From NCBI GenBank assembly GCA_051531975.1, contig JAOPTT010000002.1, positions 281,968 through 345,967 of the forward strand: 64,000 bases of DNA, read 5' to 3'. Both the position numbers and the translations under genes were made by a program. Below, one piece after another: positions 10,232 through 17,869 of the stretch (its first letter is position 1; every line of letters begins with the position of its first letter). The notes under the pieces are model-generated. The model was not told where the DNA came from. It was given only the letters and a program-made list of their open reading frames with translations, and did no database searches. This DNA is from Spirochaetaceae bacterium (GTDB lineage Bacteria; Spirochaetota; Spirochaetia; DSM-2461).

Positions 10232-11770
10232 CTATTTAAGATTACAACCTACACTCTGTATAAATCTATCAAAAGCTTCAATTCCCACTGGGGTCATCTT
10301 AAAAACACCAGCACAATCAAGTACTTCTTTAAAACGTCTACCAACAGCTTCTTTAAGAACTTTATCAGCTTCATCTTTAGAAAGGTGTGTACCATTCTCT
10401 ATGACAATTCCCTCAAACCATTCATAATGATTATCCATATTCTCTTCTACATAAGATAGAGCTTTATCACCTTGTAATACTGTCGAGAGTTCCTGGATAT
10501 CTGTATTGATTCTAGCAGGTAATATTGCAAGACCCATAACTTCAATAAGTCCAATGTTCTCCTTCTTAATATGATGCAGATGTTTATGAGGATGATAAAT
10601 ACCATCTGGATGATCTTTATCTGTTCTGTTATTTCTTAATACTAAATCAATTTCAAATAGACCCTTATCATTTACCCTAGCTATAGGTGTAATTGTATTA
10701 TGTGGAGTTGATATTGAACCATCTAGAGTTTCAGAGAATATCCCAATACTCTTGTCAGAATAAATTCTCCAAGCAGTTAATAGTTCAGTTGCAAGTTCAA
10801 CTAAAGGTCCCTTGTTTTCTGAAGTTAATCTAATAACTGACATAGGCCACTCTACCATAGAGATAATAACATCTTTATATTTACTATTTTGGTAAGTCTT
10901 TAATGTTTTAACATCTACCATAGGGAATTTATGATTCCCACCCTGGAAGTGATCGTGGCTTAATATGGAACCACCAACAATAGGCAGATCAGCATTAGAA
11001 CCTATAAAATAATGGGGCATAGCTTCTACAAAATCAGTTAACCTAATAAAAGACTCTTTAGTAATTTTCATTGGTTCATGGGCAGCTTTAAATATTATAG
11101 CGTGCTCATTGTAATAAACATATGGAGAGTACTGAAAACACCACTCTTCTTTGTTTAATGTTAAAGGTAAAACTCTATGACTAGTTCTAGCGGGGTGGTT
11201 AATATTCCCAACATATCCAACATTTTCTAGACATAAAAGACATTTTGGATATTTTGATTGTGGCATTTTTGCAGCTTTAGCAATCTCTTTTGGGTCCTTC
11301 TCTGGTTTAGATAAGTTTATAGTAATCTCTAAATCTCCATAATCAGTCCCAGTAGTCCAATACTTATTATGTGCAATTCTATCGGTTCTAATATAATTAG
11401 AAAGTTGACTTAATTTATAATAATAGTCTGTGGCAGCTGTAGGCCCATCACTTTTTTTAATACCTTCGTATATGTTATTAAGTTCAGACTGTCTAGGCAT
11501 AAAAGTTGCCATAATCTGAGCATCTAATATATCCTTTTCAGCAAGTGTATCCTCTATAAGACCTCTTTCTAGGGCCTCTAAAATTATCAGATTTAATAAT
11601 CTAACAGGAGTTTCATCTGTAATATCATCTACAACTTCAGCAAAAGGTTCAGAAACCTTCAAAAGGTACATTAACTGGTTCCGAACTAAAGGAATATCCA
11701 ATCTTTCAATCATTTTATGCTTTAGGCCAAACTGTATCAGCTCTTCTATTAACTTAGCTATTTTATCCAT
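10232..11770 (-). CDS. galT: Galactose-1-phosphate uridylyltransferase, class II (Firmicutes-type)
   Basis: TINLSKPEKDPKEIA, YPKCLLC, GSNADLPIVGGSILSHDHFQGG, HIKKENIGLIEVMGLAILP. Confidence 0.93.
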   Translation of the reverse strand: MDKIAKLIEELIQFGLKHKMIERLDIPLVRNQLMYLLKVSEPFAEVVDDITDETPVRLLNLIILEALERGLIEDTLAEKDILDAQIMATFMPRQSELNNIYEGIKKSDGPTAATDYYYKLSQLSNYIRTDRIAHNKYWTTGTDYGDLEITINLSKPEKDPKEIAKAAKMPQSKYPKCLLCLENVGYVGNINHPARTSHRVLPLTLNKEEWCFQYSPYVYYNEHAIIFKAAHEPMKITKESFIRLTDFVEAMPHYFIGSNADLPIVGGSILSHDHFQGGNHKFPMVDVKTLKTYQNSKYKDVIISMVEWPMSVIRLTSENKGPLVELATELLTAWRIYSDKSIGIFSETLDGSISTPHNTITPIARVNDKGLFEIDLVLRNNRTDKDHPDGIYHPHKHLHHIKKENIGLIEVMGLAILPARINTDIQELSTVLQGDKALSYVEENMDNHYEWFEGIVIENGTHLSKDEADKVLKEAVGRRFKEVLDCAGVFKMTPVGIEAFDRFIQSVGCNLK

Positions 11771-11778
11771 TATATCCT

Positions 11779-12936
11779 CTATAACCTTCCAGCACCCTGG
11801 CCAACACCAGCAACATAAAACTCAGGATCTAATCCAGTACGTTTTTTATAGTTCTCACCAACATTTTTAATAAACTCATCAACATATGACTCTTCAACTA
11901 AACTTACAGTACAACCACCAAATCCAGCTCCAGTCATTCTAGCACCTAAAGTTCCCTCAATTTTTCTAGCCTCTTCAACCATTATATCTAACTGCTCACC
12001 TGTTACTTCGTATAGGTCTCTTAAAGAGTCGTGGGATGCGTTCATTAGTTCACCAAATGTATTTAAATCTCCAGCTTCTAAAGACTCTTTAGCCTTAATA
12101 GTTCTTATGTTTTCATATACAGCGTGCTGGGCTCTATTAACACAGATAGGGTTCTTTATTAAATGTTTCTTAGCTTCAAAAGTTTTGGCATCAATCTCAC
12201 ATAAATATTTATAATCTAACTCAACATTTAGATCAGCCAACGCTTGGTCACACTCAGATCTTCTCTCGTTATATTTAGAATCAGCTAATCCTCTTCTCAT
12301 TTTAGTATTACCAATAACTATTTTTACTCCGTTTAATACTAGGGGAACGTAGTTATATTCTAAAGTATTGCAATCAAGCATTATAGCGTGGTCTTTTTTT
12401 CCCATACCAACAGCAAACTGATCCATAACACCACAGTTAACACCTACAAAATTATTTTCTGCACTTTGACTCATTAAAACAATTTCTACCATAGTTTTTT
12501 TACAATTAAACAGGTCATTTACAATAACTCCTGTTAAAACTTCTAAAGATGCAGAAGAAGATAACCCAGAACCGTTAGGAATATTCCCATAATACAAAAT
12601 ATCAAAACCTTTTAATTCAAAGCCAAGTTTTTGAAACTCTTTTATTACACCTTTTGGGTAGTTTGTCCAATCATCTTCCTCTTTATACTCAACACTACCC
12701 AGATCCAAACATACTTTTTTATCAAAGTTTAAAGTTGCAAAATTAACCTTATTATCATCTCGTAATCTAACTGCTGCATATGTTCCAAAATCAAGTGCAC
12801 ATGGAAATACAAAACCACCGTTATAATCTATATGTTCACCAATTAAATTAACTCTACCAGGTGAGAAAAACTCTATGATATCTCCTCCCTCTGCATAATA
12901 CTCTTTAAACGACTTAGTCATGTCTACTGTTTTCAT
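11779..12936 (-). CDS. galK: Galactokinase
   Basis: PGRVNLIGEHIDYNGG, PNGSGLSSSAS, CGVMDQF, GARMTGAGFGG. Confidence 0.96.
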   Translation of the reverse strand: MKTVDMTKSFKEYYAEGGDIIEFFSPGRVNLIGEHIDYNGGFVFPCALDFGTYAAVRLRDDNKVNFATLNFDKKVCLDLGSVEYKEEDDWTNYPKGVIKEFQKLGFELKGFDILYYGNIPNGSGLSSSASLEVLTGVIVNDLFNCKKTMVEIVLMSQSAENNFVGVNCGVMDQFAVGMGKKDHAIMLDCNTLEYNYVPLVLNGVKIVIGNTKMRRGLADSKYNERRSECDQALADLNVELDYKYLCEIDAKTFEAKKHLIKNPICVNRAQHAVYENIRTIKAKESLEAGDLNTFGELMNASHDSLRDLYEVTGEQLDIMVEEARKIEGTLGARMTGAGFGGCTVSLVEESYVDEFIKNVGENYKKRTGLDPEFYVAGVGQGAGRL

Positions 12937-12953
12937 CTGTTAAATCTCCTACT

Positions 12954-13955
12954 CTATGAGTCTCTAATTATTAGTTTTGTCTCTAAATATATCTTCTGAT
13001 TTTCATCATCTTCCGATGTCATCATTGTATAAATTCTTTTTGCTGCTAGTTCCCCTAGCTTTGCCATTTGCTGATCAACTGTGGATAGTTTTGGTTCTGT
13101 TATTTGGGAAATAATTGTATTATCAAAACCTATTATTCTTAATTCTTTAGGGACCGAAACACCAACATACTTTGCAGCATTTAAAGCGCCAACTGCCATC
13201 CAGTCATTACAACATAAAATACCATCAGGTGAATTATTAGAATTAAGACTATCAATAACCCCTTTTTTTGCTAACTCTACAGTACTTAAATCATTTCCTT
13301 CATTTATTCTAATTACATTTGATTTTAAATTATATATTTTTGTAAAATCTAAATATACTTCCTCTTTAATGTCATAAGAGAAACTATTTCCACCTCTTAG
13401 TAGAGCAATATTCTTACAACCGGACTGTCTTAAATTATTTAAAGCTTCATTAACCCCGGATTCAGCATCATTTAATATATAGTTACATTTAACACCACTT
13501 GAATAACCGTTTATTAGGATTAAGGAAATTGTTAAACTCAACTCTTCTAATAGACCTGATTTTATATTATCCCGTCTTGGGTCAATCATTATTATTCCAT
13601 CAACTCGTCTGTCTACTAAACTATTAATCATGTCAACTTCCTGTTTGACATCCCCTTCTGTATGGCATAAAAAAGTTGTATAACCTAGAGACTTAATTAC
13701 TCCATCAATTCCCTTTATAACTTCAGAAAAGAAAAGGTTTTCTATAGAAGGTGTTAAAATACCGATTGTCTTAGTAAAATTCTGTATTAAACTTTTAGCC
13801 AAAAGATTAGGTTTAAATTTAAGCCTTTGTATAACTTCTTCAACTTTGAGTCTTGTAGACTCCTTTACAGGGTAGTTTTTGTTAATTACTCTAGAAACTG
13901 TAGTAATTGATACTCCAGACTCTTTTGCAACATCTTGTATTGTTATTTTTTTCAT
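12954..13955 (-). CDS. LacI/GalR-family repressor heading the gal operon
   Basis: ITIQDVAKESGVSITTVSRVIN HTH; IIGFDN...PKLSTVDQ; ends LIIRDS. Confidence 0.93.
   Translation of the reverse strand: MKKITIQDVAKESGVSITTVSRVINKNYPVKESTRLKVEEVIQRLKFKPNLLAKSLIQNFTKTIGILTPSIENLFFSEVIKGIDGVIKSLGYTTFLCHTEGDVKQEVDMINSLVDRRVDGIIMIDPRRDNIKSGLLEELSLTISLILINGYSSGVKCNYILNDAESGVNEALNNLRQSGCKNIALLRGGNSFSYDIKEEVYLDFTKIYNLKSNVIRINEGNDLSTVELAKKGVIDSLNSNNSPDGILCCNDWMAVGALNAAKYVGVSVPKELRIIGFDNTIISQITEPKLSTVDQQMAKLGELAAKRIYTMMTSEDDENQKIYLETKLIIRDS
13730..13748. promoter_or_regulatory. Intragenic copy of putative LacI operator (auxiliary operator)
   Basis: agaaaaggttttctataga, identical to 13971-13989. Confidence 0.55.
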
Positions 13956-13968
13956 ATAACTCCCTAGG

Positions 13969-14020
13969 ATAGAAAAGGTTTTCTATAGATAAATAATATC
14001 ATAAACTGTTTTACTGTCAA
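13969..14020 (-). promoter_or_regulatory. gal operon promoter with LacI-type operator at about +1 to +18
   Basis: Minus strand: TTGACA (14020-14015), 16 bp, TGnTATTAT (-10 at 13998-13993); palindrome ATAGAAAA-GG-TTTTCTAT at 13969-13986. Confidence 0.75.
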
Positions 14021-14055
14021 GTTGATTTAAGGTATATTTGTAATTAAGAGGAATT

Positions 14056-14628
14056 ATGACATTAAAAAATTATAAAATTGGACTTTGTATCATTTATTGT
14101 TTATTTAATATATTTAATTTAAATGCAGAGAAAGTAACAAATCATGGCCTTGTTTTAAGTATGTATAACGAACCACTACTTAAGCCAGGGGTAACAATAG
14201 GATTCGATCATGAGATAGAACTAACTAAAAACCATAGGTTTGGTATAGTTCTTCCTGAATTTACATATTTTTATTTTGAGAATAACTATCAAGCATTCTA
14301 TTTATACCCTGAAATATCATATCGATATATATCAAATAAAGGTTTTTATACTGGTATATCCTTTGGTAGTGGATGGTCTATTTCTCAAAAAATAGTACCT
14401 GTATATAATCTAGAAGGTGAAGAAATAGATGCAGAATGGAACAATCAACTTTTTATGACCTCTGCATTATCATTTGGATGGGATTTTGAGGAATCCAATA
14501 ATAATCCAATAAGAGTTTATTTCAACATCGGTTGGAAAGGTATATACCCAGATAACCTTGGAGTATTAAATCAACCTATGATGCAATTAGGTATAAAATA
14601 TACATTTTTTGAAAAGGAGTGGAAATGA
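14056..14628 (+). CDS. Hypothetical exported protein, possible small outer-membrane beta-barrel
   Basis: Signal peptide, amphipathic aromatic-rich strands, C-terminal QLGIKYTF. Confidence 0.5.
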   Translation: MTLKNYKIGLCIIYCLFNIFNLNAEKVTNHGLVLSMYNEPLLKPGVTIGFDHEIELTKNHRFGIVLPEFTYFYFENNYQAFYLYPEISYRYISNKGFYTGISFGSGWSISQKIVPVYNLEGEEIDAEWNNQLFMTSALSFGWDFEESNNNPIRVYFNIGWKGIYPDNLGVLNQPMMQLGIKYTFFEKEWK

Positions 14629-15689
14629 AAAAGCTTTTAGTCCTTTTATTAATACTATTTTTATATAATTGTTCTAATATAGAAGAGGGAGAAGAAGTTC
14701 TCTATCTTGAAACTCCAACTTCTACACTGCCTATCTATGTTAGAGGAAACGCAGATGCAGATACATATATTATCTGGACCCATGGAGGACCAGGCTCATC
14801 AGGTCTTTATTATGGTGATATCCCTGAAATTGAACAACTACATACAAACTACAGAGTTGTTTATTGGGATCAGTTAGGTTCAGGGGGATCAACAGGTGAC
14901 CCAAGTGAATCTGATTATACAGTGGAGAATTTCAGTACTCATCAAGAAGGAATTGTAAATATAATAAAAAATAGATATAACCCTAAAAACCTATATATTT
15001 TAGGTCACTCCTGGGGTGGTTTTTTAGTATCCTATTACCTTATAGCAAATGGCGATGCAACTTTACAAAATAAAAGGCAGTCTGAGATAACTGGAACAAT
15101 CCTATTAAATCCTATATTAGATATTAAAGAATCTATCGAAGAGAGTATATCATATGTAATAAGTTATGCTGAACAAAAGATTATTGATAATGATGATAAA
15201 GACAAATGGGAAGAAGCCCTAGTGTGGTACGAAGATAATGTTGTAGATGGAATTATAGTTGGTCAAAATATAGCAATACATTATGGCTATATAGAGGACA
15301 CAGGTGGTATGCTTGTGGAATTAGATAGAAACGATGAATTAACAGCTGAACTTGGGCCATTAATTATATTCATGTCACCTTTCACATTTTATGACTATTA
15401 CAATAACCAAAGTACTATAAGAACTTATTTAGATATTGCTGATAAATCTTTATATTATAATGATAATGATTTAAGTAATATAACCACACCTATTCTGTTT
15501 ATTGCAGGTGAAAGTGATAAAATTGCCAATATTGATCAGAGCACCAAGTGGTCTGCCCAGATTGGTACACCGGTCGCGTATAAAACATTTAATGTATATC
15601 CAGACTGTGCCCACGCTGCATTTTTAGATAAACCTGACGACTTTTATAACGATGTAGTACAGTTTATAAGCGAGAATGATAGCCCATGA
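14625..15689 (+). CDS. Alpha/beta-fold hydrolase lipoprotein (proline iminopeptidase-like)
   Basis: Lipobox-like LFLYNC, HGGPG, DQLGSG, GHSWGG nucleophile, GESD, CAH; ATGA overlap with upstream gene. Confidence 0.8.
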   Translation: MKKLLVLLLILFLYNCSNIEEGEEVLYLETPTSTLPIYVRGNADADTYIIWTHGGPGSSGLYYGDIPEIEQLHTNYRVVYWDQLGSGGSTGDPSESDYTVENFSTHQEGIVNIIKNRYNPKNLYILGHSWGGFLVSYYLIANGDATLQNKRQSEITGTILLNPILDIKESIEESISYVISYAEQKIIDNDDKDKWEEALVWYEDNVVDGIIVGQNIAIHYGYIEDTGGMLVELDRNDELTAELGPLIIFMSPFTFYDYYNNQSTIRTYLDIADKSLYYNDNDLSNITTPILFIAGESDKIANIDQSTKWSAQIGTPVAYKTFNVYPDCAHAAFLDKPDDFYNDVVQFISENDSP

Positions 15690-16618
15690 AATATGCCGAT
15701 ACAGAAGTTGATCTAATAGATTCAGAACTAATCCGAAAGAAATTTGCTGGAACATACCTTGTTAAAGGTGGAAATAGTTTTGCCTTAATAGAAGTTAGTA
15801 CTTCCCATGCAATACCTCTAATCCTAGAACGACTTAAAAAGCTAAAAATAGACATAGAACAGATTAAATATATCTTTATCACTCATATTCATCTAGACCA
15901 TGCTAGTGGTGCAGGAGGTCTATTAAGAGAGCTTCCTAATGCAGAACTAGTGGTGCATCCCGCTGGGGCAAAACATATGGCAGATCCATCAAAGTTAATA
16001 GCTGGGGCAGAGGCTGTATATGGAAAGGATGTGGTAGAAAAAGATTATGGTCAGATATTACCCATACCAACAGATAGAATTATAGAGTGTTCAGATATGC
16101 AGGAGTTCCAATTAGGAGATAGGGTTTTGACTACACTATTTACCCCAGGCCATGCGAGGCATCATATTTCAATATTTGATAACAAATATTCAGGGATGTT
16201 TACAGGTGATAGTTTTGGACTGTCTTACCCTGAAATGGATGTAGATAACAGGCGTTTTTATCAACCAACTACTACACCAACAGCATTTGAATTTGACAAA
16301 ATGCTCAATTCTTTAAAAAAAATGATAGACTTAAACCCAAATAGAGTTTATTTTACCCACTATGGTATTTCAAATAAACCAAAAGAGATGGAGGAACAGA
16401 TAACAAAACGATTATATGATTACAAATCTATGGTAGAAGACTTAGATCCATTAAGTAAAAATAGAATATACGATATGGAACAAAAACTTGGAGAATACTA
16501 TTTACAAGAAGCTAAGGAACATGGATCAGTTTTAGATAAAAATAAAATTCTAAAACTTTTTGAAATTGATATTAAATTAAATGCGATGGGACTAATAATT
16601 TGGCATGATAGAATGTAA
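15686..16618 (+). CDS. Metallo-beta-lactamase-fold hydrolase
   Basis: THIHLDHAS, TPGHARHH, FTGD, FTHYG. Confidence 0.9.
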   Translation: MKYADTEVDLIDSELIRKKFAGTYLVKGGNSFALIEVSTSHAIPLILERLKKLKIDIEQIKYIFITHIHLDHASGAGGLLRELPNAELVVHPAGAKHMADPSKLIAGAEAVYGKDVVEKDYGQILPIPTDRIIECSDMQEFQLGDRVLTTLFTPGHARHHISIFDNKYSGMFTGDSFGLSYPEMDVDNRRFYQPTTTPTAFEFDKMLNSLKKMIDLNPNRVYFTHYGISNKPKEMEEQITKRLYDYKSMVEDLDPLSKNRIYDMEQKLGEYYLQEAKEHGSVLDKNKILKLFEIDIKLNAMGLIIWHDRM

Positions 16619-16647
16619 GTTCTACTCAATACAACCATTGACTATGT

Positions 16648-16676
16648 TAAAATTTCGCACTAAAATATAGTATAAT
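16648..16676 (+). promoter_or_regulatory. sigma70-type promoter of lrp
   Basis: TTGACT-17bp-TAAAAT. Confidence 0.6.
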
Positions 16677-16789
16677 TTATCAATTATAATAATCATTAAA
16701 AAATCGTAAATAACTGTTAATTGGAATATATGTCTTGGGTTCTATGGGCTTAATTATAGAGCATCAACATTATAACATGGAGGAAGTTT

Positions 16790-17269
16790 ATGGAAAATTT
16801 GGACAAAATCAACAGAGAAATACTTAACATTTTACAAGATGATTGTTCTATTACGAACAATGAATTAGCTAAAAGAGTTGGCCTTGCACCAGCAACAACA
16901 TTAGAAAGAGTTAGAAAATTAGAAAACAGAGGTATTCTGAACAGCTATGTAGCCCAGATAAACCCTAAATCTGTAGACAAAGACACTTTAGCCTTTGTAG
17001 AGCTTTCTCTAACACAACATACCACTGAGCAAGTAGAGGCTTTTAATAAAGCAATTGTAGAATTAGAAGAAGTTGAAGATTGTTATAGAATCTCTGGAGA
17101 TAGAGACTACTTATTAAAGGTTAGAGTTAAAGATATTAAAGACTTTGATAGATTTAGCTTCGAAGAACTATCTAAGATTCCTGGAATAGAAAGATGTTCT
17201 ACTAAGTTTGTTTTAAAACCTATTGTTAATAAAACAAAAATAACTCTACCACCACCAGCAGAAAAATAA
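16790..17269 (+). CDS. Lrp/AsnC-family transcriptional regulator
   Basis: LDKINREILNILQDD...ELAKRVGLAPATTLERVRKLE; CYRISGDRDYLLKV. Confidence 0.92.
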   Translation: MENLDKINREILNILQDDCSITNNELAKRVGLAPATTLERVRKLENRGILNSYVAQINPKSVDKDTLAFVELSLTQHTTEQVEAFNKAIVELEEVEDCYRISGDRDYLLKVRVKDIKDFDRFSFEELSKIPGIERCSTKFVLKPIVNKTKITLPPPAEK

Positions 17270-17275
17270 TCAATA

Positions 17276-17845
17276 TTATTTATCAGACACTGAGATTACC
17301 CCTTGAATTAGAGGGGTTTGATCATATATACACTTATCTAATTGATCATCAAAATAGATGGTTTCACAAAATGGACAATAATAATATTCACCTTCATGGT
17401 TAAACTCTATAGATTCGATTAGATTATAATGCATATAAAATGTTACTGGAGAGCCAAAAACTTCGTCCCAACCTTCCATATGTCCTGTGGTTTTTAAATA
17501 TACGACCTGGGAGACCCCAGTAACAAGATCTAGTGTACATCTAGTAAAACCTTCATACCTATTGTCAGCAAAGTCTTCAGAATCAAAAGTTATTCGTTTT
17601 ATATTTTTAAAACTCAGAGCGTATAAACCAGAATTTCTTCTAACCCAGAAAAAGAATTTTTTCTCGTTATATTCATCGAAGAATGCAAATCTTGAAACTG
17701 AAAACTGTTCCCCTTCGTTATCTTTAACTAAAACACTAAAAAAAGGATCGTAGATAGTATCACTAAATACTATTTTTCGATCCTCTTCCTGGCTATATAG
17801 AGTTGATAATATTGATAATAAAAATATAACTAAAAACTTCCGCAT
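17276..17845 (-). CDS. Hypothetical exported protein with C-terminal CxxC...C motif
   Basis: Signal peptide; YYCPFCETIYFDDQLDKCIYDQTPL resembles a zinc-ribbon-like end. Confidence 0.55.
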   Translation of the reverse strand: MRKFLVIFLLSILSTLYSQEEDRKIVFSDTIYDPFFSVLVKDNEGEQFSVSRFAFFDEYNEKKFFFWVRRNSGLYALSFKNIKRITFDSEDFADNRYEGFTRCTLDLVTGVSQVVYLKTTGHMEGWDEVFGSPVTFYMHYNLIESIEFNHEGEYYYCPFCETIYFDDQLDKCIYDQTPLIQGVISVSDK

Positions 17846-17869
17846 AAAATACTATAGCACACTCTAGTG

